Part shown: one piece after another, positions 37,630-50,473 of the stretch
Layout of the letters: each line of letters opens with the position of its first letter
Position numbering within the stretch: the stretch's first letter is position 1
Assembly (NCBI GenBank): GCA_013239625.1
Contig: MU056000.1
Coordinates: forward strand, 9,048,970 to 9,112,969
From: Lama guanicoe
Lineage: Eukaryota
Direction: 5' to 3'
DNA length: 64,000 nucleotides
Notes under the pieces: generated by a model
The model's input: the letters and a program-made list of their open reading frames with translations, nothing else
Database searches by the model: none
What the model was told of the DNA's origin: nothing
Translations under genes and position numbers: made by a program

Positions 37630-37698
37630 TGTAACTGCTTAATAAATGTCAAATGATTGAATGAATGAAAGAAATAATGTATGAATCAATGAATAAAT
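37630..37698 (+). mobile_element. L2 3' tail
   Basis: TGCTTAATAAATGTCAAATGATTGAATGAATGAA. Confidence 0.55.
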
Positions 37699-37913
37699 AT
37701 GTTGACATTAACAACATCATTGTTTTTAATGACAGAGGAAAAACTTTGTCATAGAAGAAGCAAGAAAAGGAGCATAATTTTAAAAACAAATGGAGAAAAA
37801 GAGAAACATATAGATTCAGACAGAACAGTACACATAGTGCTTCAGAAAGATGCTCAGACAGTCATCTGCCCTGATTTCAGTCACAGATGCTAATTCTCAT
37901 TTAAAATTTAAAT

Positions 37914-37996
37914 ATCCAGATGATAGTATTGAGAATATATTCTGAAATTATTTAAAATCCAGATGATAGGAATGAGAATATATTCTGAAATTATTT
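37914..37996. repeat. ~42 bp tandem duplication
   Basis: ATCCAGATGATAG(TAT/GAA)TGAGAATATATTCTGAAATTATTT twice. Confidence 0.92.
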
Positions 37997-40900
37997 GAAA
38001 ATAATTTTGATAGGGATTTTTCTTTCTAGAAGCACGAAGAGAACCAAAATTATATATACAAGTTTATCAACAACCTTCCATGTTAGAAATAAATTCACAA
38101 GTTTTGGTAAAAGAGCTTTATATTTGAATAATAAAATGATTTTAAAGATTATCTCCAATAGTATTGTTTAACAGTGTCAAATTTTATAGACCGTTGTTGT
38201 AATTAAGGAATATGTCTGTTGTACAAACCTTCATAATGCTGAAAACTGTGGCGCAATTCCTGAGTGGAGCACTAAATTCTACTTTGCCAATAGAGATACA
38301 TCAGCTTAGCCATCTGCCATCAATTCCCACAGATGTGGCTATTAGTAGAAACCTCTGACTCAACCCAGCTCTAAGTCAAGATGTAATTTGTTACACGATG
38401 TGTTGTGATGGGAAGGGAGAGAATCAATTTTCACTTTGGAGCAAATGGAATAAATCTGCACCTGCAGTTGACATGGAGGGCACAACCTCACCCCAGGAAT
38501 GCAGAATAAGCCACAGACGTTCCTAGCTTTATAATTTCTAGATCTGATTACTATAATTCACTGAGTCTACATACCTGAAACTACTCACCCAGTGACTTCA
38601 GCTGGTACAGAATGAAGTGGATCAACTATACAAAGCTGACAATTCGTGACACCACTTCAATACAATGTCACAGACATTGTATCTACTTAAATGATACTCC
38701 ACCATCATTTCCAATGACCAAGTAGAAGAGCTTGTCATAAAACATTTGAAATGATCTATGAACCTTCAACTGAACTAGAACAAAGGTAGAAGAGCTCTCC
38801 TTTATTGCATACTTACTGTATACCAGGTAGTGATACATAGGTATACAGAAGCAAGCTCAACTAGCTATTTCTTTTCACGATTACAACAATCCATTATTTG
38901 GCCTTTATTATTTTCATATTTATACCAGGATTTTGAGACTGAAAGAAAAACATGGCAAAAAAGTACGAGCTAGAAAATGTCATGACTGAGTCGAGGCTGA
39001 TTGATTTTAAAATCAAACTCAATTTTCTAAAAAGCACAAGTACATGCAATTTTTCAATTATTCTGTCTATAATTTCAGTTCTTGAGGGCAAGTTTTAAAA
39101 AATATTTATTTTCCGATTAGAGTAAATATCATAGAAATACAGCTTTTTATTTATCTATATTATGTCTTTTAAAGTTATAGCATGTACAATATAATAAAAT
39201 ATTTACCCTAACAAATATGTTTTACTTAAACAAAGGATAACTTTTAAATATGAATGAGAACTGGAAAATATTTTTCTCCTTCAAAGACATAAATAAAAAG
39301 TGAGATGGAAACCATGTTCAAATTGTAATTCTTTTCATGAAAATTTTGCCGACTGCCATTATTATCATTATAATGAAAATGCTTCTGTTTCTGTGAGAAA
39401 GGAACTTCTAAAATCCTAGGGAAAGAATAAGGAAGGATAGAAAATGTGGGACCACCCATCATCTCCTCCATCTTTTCTTTTATTCGTCTTGCTCCATAGA
39501 TCTATTTTAAAATGACTGAGAGGTTGTTTGGTGATTACTTCGGAAGTTCTGTAATGAAATGTTTCATGGAGAGGCAGTAAGTCAGAACGGGCAAGATATG
39601 GGTTGGAGGCAATGGTCCTCAACAGACATGCTTCTAGAAGTTGGAGATTTCTTTTTTAAGTGGTAGTAGAGAGTTTGGCCATTACTGTTTAATTTGACTC
39701 AGGCCTATGGGGTAAGCACACAGAAGTGGATTTGTAGATATTTTTTGTCCAGCTGAATAGCTTTCAGGTCATTCTATGTGATGAGTCATTTTGCAGAGGC
39801 TGACAGGCTGTGGTCAGGTTGAAAGGAGCAGCATCAGCCCCCCCAAGTGATAGAGGCATGTGGGAGGCAGATTGTTCAGCGCTGTGGGACAGGGTGCCGT
39901 GAGTGAAAGAAGAAACAAAATTATCCTGACAGAACCAGTATGATGGTCACAGATGGAAGCCTGCAGCTTGGTGGAGAAGCCAAGGCAGAGCATAGCAACT
40001 GAACCCAGTTGCTTTCTGTCGTGTAGGTATGAGGCTGAGAGTTTTCTGCAGACCTGAATTAAAATGGGCTGTTATCTGGTGGAGGGGCTCTTCCTGTAGG
40101 TTAAATTATTTTACAGACTATTGATGAAGTGGACTTGGAGAAGATGGTATTAATATCTTTTCGCATAGAACTTTTAGTATAATCTTTTAGTTTAGTAATG
40201 AAACTATAGAACATTATAGAATGAATATCTAAATTTGCTTTGAAATCTATCTGAAAGTGAAAAGAAGGAAAAGACGGGGAAAGATTAAACCAACTTATTT
40301 AGATTGTACGCTTGTCATGCTGGAGATCCAGCAAGGACAGCTGAATGACATTTCTATCACAGCAACAAATCCTTCTTGCTCTGAAAAAACTGCTGCTTAG
40401 TAAGGTGAGGTAAGGACTGGGTCACATTTACAGAAGTGTCATATTTACTGCATGAACCAAGGTTTGTCTGACAAGCTCTGTCTGAGGAGAAAATTCATGA
40501 GCTTTCAGAAAGATTAACACTTCTGATGTTCTGTTTCTCCGTGTCTGCTTCTCTTTCCAATACCGCTGATCCATCCTAGACTGACTTTTAAGAATGTGTG
40601 AGAAGTGCATTTAACACATGAAAACAAGTTCCAATTCCCTGCAAAACATAAGCAATAGAATTGTGTGTGGATAAAAAAAGCTTTTTTGAAAACCAAAGGG
40701 ACAAAACCATGCTAATAAATGAGAACTAGTTTCTTTTGGCTAGAAACACAACTTTCAGATGCATCATTGAACTAGACCCTCAGAAAGGCAGGAAGTGATC
40801 ATTTATGCTGTATATTAACTGATTTTTAATAGCTAAATAATTAATCTTTGATCTCTGTTACTATTATGCTCCAAATATTACTACTTATTTTTTAATAATG

Positions 40901-40998
40901 TGTTAGAAAACCAGTAGATGATTATGATGGTCAATTTGAACATTTAACAAAGTGTAACAAATGAATAATGAAAATAACCTAGTTTTCAATACCTAGAT

Positions 40999-41082
40999 TA
41001 GGGGTCAGCTGACTGTGGTCTGCTAGCCAAAATCTCAAATGTTTATTGTCTTGCTCTTTACAGAAAGAATTTGCAACCCTTG
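40999..41082. mobile_element. Internally deleted hAT MITE (MER58-like)
   Basis: AGGGGTCAGC..CCAAAAT..TCTTTACAGAAAGAATTTGCAACCCTTG; imperfect terminal inverted repeats. Confidence 0.6.
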
Positions 41083-41148
41083 ACAGAATGGCTAATACTT
41101 TTTACAATTGATTCCATTTCGCTGTTTCTTTGTGCATCATATGTTTCC

Positions 41149-41207
41149 TAATATTATTAGGAATGTTATTAAATATTACTAATATTATTTCAATGTTATT
41201 AAATATT
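41149..41207. repeat. 30 bp AT-rich tandem duplication
   Basis: TAATATTATT(AGG/TC)AATGTTATTAAATATT twice. Confidence 0.75.
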
Positions 41208-41973
41208 CTAAATATGCAATATTGATTTTCCTGAAATGAACTGAAAGTATGTATATGTATATAAATTTATGTGTGTATATATTTTATATTTATATAATTA
41301 TATATAATATAAATTATATATTTACATAAAATAGATTTATGAACTACTTTGAAATTCTAGTGAAAACCAGTAAAATAAGATCCAGCTCAAATCATACCTT
41401 TGTATTAATTACAAAACCCTTTTTCTATCTCTGGACACTTGTTGCCTTTTGCAAAGAGATAACATAAAAAATATACTTATCTGTGTTGAGTATGGATGAG
41501 AATTGAACCTCCCCAAATTATGTGATACTAATCTTCCACAAGTGTATGTGACAAGGCTGAACTGATTCGATACCATAATCAACTCTGGCAAAGGAAAGCC
41601 ATGGTCAAATACCATGAGGTGAGTAAAATTATAATTCAGAATTATTTATATTAAAGTGAAAAAAGAAGAAAAGTCAAATACTAAATACTAAAAAGACATA
41701 TTCATACATACAAATTGGTATGTATACATACATACACCAAATGCAAATATGCACATTTATATCTATATTTATCCATACTGAGATGGCTGTTAAGATGAGA
41801 AAATTTACAGTCCTTGCCAAACATCTTAGTTGTTTTTAAAGTTATGTGTGAGAACACGTATGTAATAAATTTCCCTTCTTAAACTGTAGTTCCATTTACT
41901 CATCCAACCCCTATGGCCCAGTGTACCAAGGTCTGTGCTAGGTGCTGGGGCAATTGTAGCTCAGTTTAGAAGG

Positions 41974-42100
41974 TTTTTTTTAAAAAAAAATTTTAGGGGG
42001 AGATATTTGGTTTATTTGTCTATTTAATGGAGGTACTGGGGATTGAACCCAGGACCTCATGCATGCTGGGCAAGTACTTTACCACTGAGATATACCCTAC
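41974..42100 (-). mobile_element. tRNA-derived SINE (camelid-like)
   Basis: GGAGGTACTGGGGATTGAACCCAGGACCTCATGCATGCT..ACCACTGAGATATACCC; homologous to the copy at 22360. Confidence 0.9.
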
Positions 42101-42249
42101 ACTTGAAAGTCTTGAATTTGAGACATTTAGCAGACCTCTATGGAGTTATAGAACAGGAAATTAAATTAATGAATTTAGAGTTTAATGGTCTGAATGGATT
42201 ATTTTGATCACCTCCTATTCACCCTGTTGGAAAGCGAAGAATCCCACCC

Positions 42250-42690
42250 TGTGGTTATGGGGGCAAACACCACCACTCAACATGGAGCAGATGAGATCCA
42301 TCACTGTTTACTCATCACACGTACTCATACCCTGGGGGAGGAGACGCACGTGGGGCCAAATGAAATTAATGGTAGGAAGGGGACCTACTTTGGACCAACT
42401 AGAGGGAAGCCCAGGAATTATACTTATTAACTTGTTGGTAATGTATACCATCTTCATGTCTCTGGATATGAATAAAAAATATGTAATCACCCAAGATGTT
42501 GACAGTCATGTTGCTACCAAGTCAGTCTGAGAATGGAGTCAACACACAGAGAGCATGACAAAATTAAGAGCCATAGAGGAAAACAAACTTGAATTGAAGT
42601 CTTATTTGAGGCACAGTATTTCACTGATATCAGGGATAGAGTTCCTTTACTGCTTAAGCCAATTAAATTGGTTTTCTGTTACCCACAGAT
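42250..42690. mobile_element. Old LTR fragments: ERVL-like piece followed by MLT1-like 3' part
   Basis: GTTTACTCATCACACGTACTCA..GGGGGAGGAG; CTGAGAATGGAGTCAACAC..TGCTTAAGCCAATT..GGTTTTCTGTTAC. Confidence 0.5.
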
Positions 42691-43149
42691 TTAAGCATTT
42701 TTCAGAAGCTGTACTTTTGCACCTTCAAACTTCTTCATAGAAGGCAATTTTGAGAACAGAGAAAAGCAAATAGTTGTTAAATATTTTGAGAAACAAATAC
42801 CAAGGAGCAGATGGTTGCAAACAGGTTCTATGGGTCCTCCTCAAGGAGCTAGCTGGTCACCAGTTCACAAGAATATTGAAAAATGAGACAATGAGTGACC
42901 ACCCTACCATGTGGGTCAGTGGATTTGTTCTCCCGGTATATTTGGTCCTTGCTCAGTGAAAACTCTTGTTCCTCACTGCCTCCTACTGCAATAATGTTTA
43001 ATATAAAGTCCTTGTCTTCACCAATAGCTCACCTTCAGTTCTACTTTGAAACATTCTTTTGAATATTCATGTGGATTGTATATGTTCTCCAGTTTTGTAA
43101 TTTTCAATATTTTAAATTTACCATACATGTATTTATAATTTTATGCAAT

Positions 43150-44410
43150 TTATTCAGTCAATTCTTTTTTATTAGTAAGGCTTAGTCTCTCGTGACAGAA
43201 AAGCTATTACTTGTGCAATTAATAAAATATTTGGATGTTTGTGAATAGTAAAAATTTTTAGATATTCCAGTTTTAAAAACTCTGAATTATTTGGAATTTA
43301 GTTTTGTAAATGATTAGAAGAAGAGATATGAAATATTTTTTCTTCTAAATTCATAACTTATAGTTAAAACTCCTTTCTTGACTGATTTAAAAAAATGAGG
43401 TTTTTCATGCAATAAAAACTTACACATTTATGTTTCTCTCTTTTTATATTTGCTATTGTTGTATTTCTTCATTCTTTGTTCCCTATGAGGAAACAATCAA
43501 ATGGGATACAGTATAATTAAGCATCCTTTAAAAAAGTATTTTAGATATTCTTATATATTCTTCCCCATGAAATTTAAGATTAATTTACCAATTTCTCACC
43601 CAAAGGAGAATGTTGATACTTTTATTTCAAATTACGTGAAATTTATATACTATTTTGCCGTGTTATGTGGTTTATATCACCATTTAGTCCTATTTTGAAA
43701 AAGTAAAATGTTTTATGGTTTCCTTTTCTAATTTATTATAAAATTTATTTCTGTGTAATTTAACGTTTTGTAGTTTTTGTGACTGGAATTTGTTTTTCAT
43801 TGTATTTCCTAATTGATCATTTCTGTTACATATTCAAGCTATTGAATTTTGCTTATCTATGTATAAAACAATGCCCTTGCTGAAATCCAGGTAATGTGAT
43901 AAATTTCCTAAGGTTTTTAATGTAGAGAATCTTCATACAATACAATGCTTTTGTTTCAGTATGTGCAACTCAGGTCAGAGCATGAAAAATAACTTTTGAA
44001 AAATAGCCTTGGATGCAGTTATTTATATCTAAAATTATGTTTGTGTACATATTTTGAATATAGATATTTATTTTAAGTTTTATATCTCTAATCACATTGA
44101 ATAAGTATCATTTAATTCATTTATGGTGACTTTTTTCAGTTGTGTTATATCTATCAGCACATTTGGTAAAAAATAATTTTTTTTGGCTTTAAATATGAGC
44201 GTGGTGAAACATTAAAATGCTTTCCAGGGGTGAGGGCTCCTACTGTTCTTGAAACAATGCTATTCGGGCTACACTGCTTGTTTCATTTAGTGCTGGATAC
44301 TGTTCGTTACTGTTTTGCTTAAATTTTTTTTCACCGAAATACATTGATAAATTTTACCCACTACTTGTTCTTCTTCATGGAATTTTATTTGAGACTGGCA
44401 ACAGGATTCT
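43150..44410 (-). mobile_element. Very decayed antisense L1 ORF2 remnant
   Basis: T-rich; TTCTTCCCCATGAAATTTAAGAT; AAGCTATTGAATTTTG; CCTTGCTGAAATC. Confidence 0.5.
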
Positions 44411-44469
44411 GTACAACACAAACTCTATGGCGTATTTGCTACTCCTAAGGGCTTTGAATTTCTACAGTT

Positions 44470-44620
44470 TAGCATTTGAATCCCAGCTTTGCCACTTTCT
44501 AGCTTGATCATCTAAGATAATGCGGTTATATCTAAATGGATCTGTTTCCTCATGCTAGAAATAGGGCACCCATAGCGTTTTGTGAGAAGCAAATGAGGTA
44601 AGTTAATAAGTTACTAATAA
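44470..44620 (+). mobile_element. MIR
   Basis: TTTGAATCCCAGCTTTGCCACTTTCTAGCT..CTGTTTCCTCATG..TTGTGAGAAGCAAATGAG. Confidence 0.7.
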
Positions 44621-47439
44621 TCAAAGCACTCTTTCTTAGACTTCGTGTGGCTCCTCGCTTTCCAGGTTTGGACCAAGGGAGGAGGCTAGAACATTTCAGA
44701 TGTGCATCAGCTTGTTAGGAAGAAGAAGGTCATCACGATCAGTGTGGTTTCATCCTCTGTTGAAGAGGCTATTTCCTTGGTTTATGGCAGACGTGGGTTA
44801 GCGTGAGTAGTGCTTTCATTCTTTGCTGCACTAGCCAGGATCAAGCAATGTAAGACCCACCCCCCAGCTTTGACTACTGCGGCTGCCTTCCCTTTGCATA
44901 CACCACCCTGCAGTCTGAATATACTTCCTAGAGTTACTGCAGGGATCATAATAAGCCCCAAATCTGAGCCTTAACCTGCAGCCCATGACATTCTATGTTT
45001 ACTGGTCTTGCTGGGGAACGGTCCACTGACTTCCCTCATACGCAGACAATCACACATTAGTTTGATTCCCCTTCATTTTGATTCATTTTGCTGTATTTCT
45101 GAGATTTCTTCTCTGATGACGAACTCCATTTTCTTTTTAACAGAATAATTCGATTTTCTTCTCAGTTATGTATCCCATTTATCATCTCAGTGGGGAAAAA
45201 CTGAAGGCTATTGATAGGTATTCCATCCTCATCTTAGAGTCATCTTTATGTTTTACACCAACAGATACTCTTTTATATTTCATTATTACAATTACTAGGT
45301 CATGATGTGGTTCCTCAGAGTCGACAATAAAGAAAACCGAGCAACATTTGAGATTACAGCATCTGCTTTGACCAATTTAATTTCTCCACAGTAACTATTT
45401 AGGGAAAAGTTCATTGTGCTTTAGAATGGTTGGAGAACAGCTGTTTCGGCAAAATATATCCCTGTCAACATTATATCCTGATGCTAAATGACTGTGTTAA
45501 CTGACTGTTGTATTCTTGTGATGAAAACCTGTTAAAGGCTATACCAGCAACTCACACTGAAGGAGCATATTTGCATATTATATTACAGCACAATAGTTAG
45601 TGAAGTAAAAGGTGACACATGGCAAATGCTTTAGAAATAACATCTAGTGGCATTTATGGAGCAGTGGGTAACAATATGGATTAGTAAAATGTATGCATAA
45701 TAGTAGTATTTAAATATATAAGGTACAATTTGACCATAGAAGTGTGCAGAAGATGGGTTTCAAAAAAAGACAAGAGAGAAAATGAGAACAAAGCTAGTCG
45801 ATGGGAGTCTTTATATTTTGCTATATATATTTTCAGCTTTTTAAGACTTTTCAGGAAATACATGATTATTGCTACCCAAACAGGTAAACAGACTAAGATA
45901 ATTGAGGATTTTCCATTAGAGAACATGTGGACATTTACTTATTTTATGAGGTTAAAGATATCTACACACACAAGCATTTTACATATATTTTATACATATT
46001 TTGTAAAATGTTTATTATGAACCTTATCCTAATTTACTACATAGTTATGTTACTTAAAAGCAACTGTAACTCAAGAATTTGCTCATGGTATAGTCTATGT
46101 TAAAATCCTTAAAGAATCTCATAGCTTTAAGCCAGCTATTCAGCTTCCTAAAAGTTATCTAAGAAAATGCAGAAACATTGAAATATATTAAAATATCCTA
46201 AATTTTGCAAGCAATACAAATGATGTGTCAAACAATTGGAGTTGTAGGGTTTATTTTGTGTTCTACCTGCATTACTATTTTATTTGAGTAAAATAAGTTT
46301 ATTTAAAATAAAGTTTTCTTTTTTTACTTTTCTGAGAGCTTTTTTTTTTTTATTTTATCTACCAACCTCTTCCTCACAAACATTTTGGCTTGCCATCACT
46401 CATCTTCTCATATATCCATCCAGTCATATAACATATATTTATGCAGTAAATATTATGTCTTCTAGGCAAACAATTGGAGAATTAAAATACAAAAATGCTA
46501 ACACAACACATGGAAATATTATGCAGCAGTTATAGTTGTGTTATGAAAAATTCCATTTCTGTTAGGAATTGCTCCCATTAAAGCTAAATTTTAAAAGTAT
46601 GCAAAAGTATACATAATAAAAATAAGAAAACATAATTTTAAGACAAAACTACAAGATAGTACTGAGAAAATTTTGAAAACTAGAGAAAATGGATGATTTT
46701 CTAGTTAAATGTAAATTACCAAAAGTTATTTCCCCATAATAACAACTATACTATCATTATTATTTTCTAATATAGAATAGACTTCAACCTTTCTACTTAA
46801 TTAACATCTTGGTTTTTCTACATAATAGATTTGCAATTATTTTTTAAAATAGCAACAATTTATTATATTATGTTCAAGTGATCTTTTCTCACAACTGTTA
46901 GAGTATGAAATAAATGAAATCATATGTTCTTTATGTGTTTCTTGGTATTTACAAAAAGGATGATTTATTTCCTTTACAGAACCTCATAAAAAGGTGGATG
47001 TAATTATGGTAAGTGGTTATGTAAATTCCAATAGTAAAAGTAAATCAGTTCTCCCAATGAATTTCAATAAGTTTTTAAATCCTTGTAAGATGAGATACTC
47101 ATTTCTTTGTGTATAGGTTTATAAAAATTACTCAGTCGGCATAATTAAATATCAATTTACATTCCATTAGGAAAAATTGTATTATTTTTGCTTCTTTCAT
47201 AAACTAACAGGTTGTAAAATATAAATTCAAAAATGAATATAGATTAATGTGTAAAAGGTAATTTTAAAACACTTATTTTAAAATATTTCTCTATCGGATT
47301 GTATATATTGTCTTTTAATATAAAATGATTGATATATATGTAAGATTGTAGATAAATCACTCTATATGTTTAAACAAGAACTTACACAGTATTCAAGTAT
47401 TGAAACTTGTTCATGTACATGGCTTAAAAAATTAAGATA

Positions 47440-48174
47440 GTGAGAAATAATATCCAGAGTTTTATAGCAATGTCCAGATTGCCCAAATTTCAATTAGAAA
47501 TTGCTCATCATCAAGAACCAAGAAGGTCTCAAATTGAACAAGTGACAGTAAGTATATGCCAATAATAAGATGACAAAGATGTTAGAATTATCTACTAAAA
47601 CGTTAAAGCAGATATCATAAAAAGACTTCAATAAGCAATTAAATCCCTGAAACAAATGCAAATGTAGAAAGCTATGACAAATGAATAGGTGAAAGATTCT
47701 CAAAGAAATAGGTGACACAAGAAAAGAATATCAAACTTTATGACCGAGTAATCTTCTAACAGAAGAGGGGAAAAAGGTCCCAGTGGATGGGCTCAACAGC
47801 ACAGTAGAAAGAACATAGGAAAGAATTAGTGAACTTGAAGACAAAACAATAGAAATTACCCCATCTGAAGAGTAGAGAGAAAACAGATGGAAACAAAAAA
47901 TGAACAGAGTCTCAGAGACCTGTGGGACTACAACAAAAAATCAAATATTCATGTCAACAAAGTCATTAAAGGAGAAGAAAGAGGTGGTACTGGATAACTA
48001 ATCAAAAAAAAAAATGATGGCTGGGAAATTCTCCTACTTAACAAAACACATACAACTACAGACTCAAGAAACTGAGTGAATTCCCACAAGATAACTTCAA
48101 AGAAATCCATACCAAGACACTTAACAATCAACTCCAGAAAAGTAAAGACAAAGGAGTAATATTTGCAACATCAG
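47440..48174 (+). mobile_element. Old L1 ORF1 remnant
   Basis: GGATGGGCTCAACAGCA..AAAGAATTAGTGAACTTGAAGAC..AACAGAGTCTCAGAGACCTGTGGGAC. Confidence 0.75.
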
Positions 48175-48405
48175 TGTAAAGGACACAATGATGGTCTCCA
48201 AAGGTGTTCCCATCCTAATCCTGGGACTTCTGAATATGTTACCTTATATGGTAAAGGGACTTGGCAGATGTGATTAAGTTAAGGATGCTGATCTTACTCT
48301 ATATTATCTGAGTGTACCCAATATAATCCTAAGATTCTGTACAAGAAAAAGACAGGAAAGTCTGAGTCAAAAAGGGAGGTAGAAGGAATGTCATTTCTGG
48401 AAGGG
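48175..48405 (+). mobile_element. MLT1D-like LTR, 5' half only
   Basis: TGAATATGTTACCTTATATGGTAAAGGGACTTGGCAGATGTGATTAAGTTAAGGAT. Confidence 0.78.
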
Positions 48406-48863
48406 GTCAGCCATGAAAAAGAAGGAAATCCTGCATTTGCAACAACATGGATGGACATTGAAGGCATTATGCTAAGTAACATAAAGTCAGATAGAAAGAT
48501 AAACACTGTATGATTTCCATATATGTATAATCTAAATAAGCCAAACTTATAGAAACAGAGAGTAGAGTGGTAGTTTTCAGAGTATGGGAGACATAGTAAG
48601 CAACCTTATGGTTACTGGGGGAGAGGTGGTAGGAAGGGATGAATTTGAGATTTTGAGATTTGCAAAGGTTAGTCACTGTATAAAAACAGATTAAAAAAAC
48701 AAATTTCTTCTATATAGCACAGGGAACTATATTCAGTATCTTGCAATAACCTTTAATGAAAAAGAATATGAAAACAAATATATGTATATATACGCATGAC
48801 TGGGACATTGTGCTGTATACTAAAAATAAACACATTATAACTGACTGTACTTCAAAAAAAAAA
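48406..48863 (+). mobile_element. Composite L1 3' end: older-type 3' UTR joined to lineage-specific 3' UTR
   Basis: CAGCCATGAAAAAGAAGGAAATC..ATAGAAACAGAGAGTAGAGTGGT, then at ~48589 AGACATAG..TTATGGTTAC..TATAGCACAGGGAAC..GACTGTACTTC plus A tail. Confidence 0.82.
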
Positions 48864-49953
48864 GGCTATGCATTAGAAAACATGGTATCTTGAGTCAGAA
48901 GTTAAGTTGTAGTAGAAGCAGAGTCTTTTTTTTCCTCAAAAGAATCCACACTGGAAGAAGAACAAAGAGATAGAAACCCACATAAAATACTAAATAATCA
49001 AATAGCTTTTCTAAATTAATCTGATGGTCTACTCAAATGTGTAAGCTGCATTGATTTTATGCATTTTTAAATTGTTAATGTAATGTTCCTATGTCTATTT
49101 TTTTCAAAATTATTTTCTGTAGGACTCCTTTATGAAGGCCAGATAACTCTCATGTTTTACCTTGTAAATGATTGAAAGCATTTCATTTTATTATATATTA
49201 ATTTGAATTTCTTCCAGCTTTTACTGACAATGCAAAAGTTCAAGGCATTTTTTAACATCAAACTGAGGCAATTATATTTAATATAGCATTTATGCCAATT
49301 GCAACATTATAAATATGGTATCAGTTCAGTGGGAGTCGTAGATTACTGTGAGTCAAACATTAAAAAGAGTGTCTGCCTCTCTTATTTTATTTGTTAGTAT
49401 ACATATTAAGCTCTAACAACCTTGCATTTGTTTTAATAAACTAGAGATATGAAGGTTTTTCATATCTTTGCTACATCATTGATAATTTTAATTACTGATT
49501 TGTTGAAGTAGCAGTCCTTTGTTACTAACACATGGAAATGACTGAAGTTAAATAGGTAAAAAGGTGCCTATGTTTCTGAGACAATTGTACTGCTTAAGAA
49601 ACCAGAAATCTTGGTTAAAAACTATTGTTTCAATCCTTGGGCAAATGATCTCCCTAGAAAAGGAAACAGGCTGGGAAAACTGCATGACATCTACGGTGGA
49701 CTGACTCATAATGCTCTTCCTGTGTGACCAAAGAGGGTAATAAGTAGGCAGAAGCTCTTCGGCCACATAAGGATTCAGATGATTGTGGAGAAACATGGGG
49801 AATGAGAGATACAGGTGTTTCCTCCAGAGAATTGAATGACTACTTCCTCATGGAACGTTCACGCCTTCAGGACTGTGGACCATCTCCAAATCTGATAAAA
49901 CTGATTTCAGAACCACTGTGGCCCTATGTCTTCCCTTCTTCCTATTTCAAAAA

Positions 49954-49980
49954 GTGTGTGTGTGTGTGTGTGTGTGTGTG
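49954..49980. repeat. (GT)n microsatellite
   Basis: Directly visible. Confidence 0.95.
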
Positions 49981-50124
49981 CACCTGCATGCATACTGTAG
50001 AGTTAAGATAACTTGATTAACTAGCTCATAAACTTCAAACTAAGAAAAGGAAGTTTGAGATAGGGTGTAGAAACGTCTGTGCATGAACCAGAAATTCGGG
50101 GCATTCATCTGGATACAGTGATGG

Positions 50125-50473
50125 CATCTTAATCCAGTCAAGCTGCTAAAATGAAACACAACAGACTGGGTAGTTTACACAACAAATATTTATTTCTCAA
50201 AGTTCAGGAGGCTGGCAAATCCACGTCTAAGGTGCTGGCAGATTTGGTGTCTGGCGAGGACTAGCTTCCTGGCTCACGAACAGCTTTCTTTTCCCTGTGT
50301 CCTCACATGGAGAAAAGGGGGAGGTAACTCTCTCCAGGCCTCTTTTGTAAGGGCATTAATCCCATTCAGGAGATCCTCAGTACCGCCCAGAGGTCTCACC
50401 TCGTAATACCATCACAGTGGGGATTAAGTTTCAATCCATGAATTCTGGGGGGATACAAACATTGTCCACAGCA
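50125..50473 (-). mobile_element. MaLR MLT1A-like solo LTR with 5 bp TSD
   Basis: TTTATTTCTCA..GGAGGCTGG..AAGGTGCTGGCAGATTTGGTGTCTGG..GGGGATACAAACATT..CAGCA; GATGG at 50120-50124 and 50474-50478. Confidence 0.9.

Noticed and set aside
39640..40100. GC-richer patches possibly old LTRs (also 44640-45060 and 52950-53290)
   Set aside because: Could not assign termini or family by eye; needs a Dfam search
40300..41625. Consensus-like splice donors near 40405-40415 and at 41618 (GAG|GTGAGT)
   Set aside because: No recognisable coding frame or convincing acceptor pairing; such motifs are common
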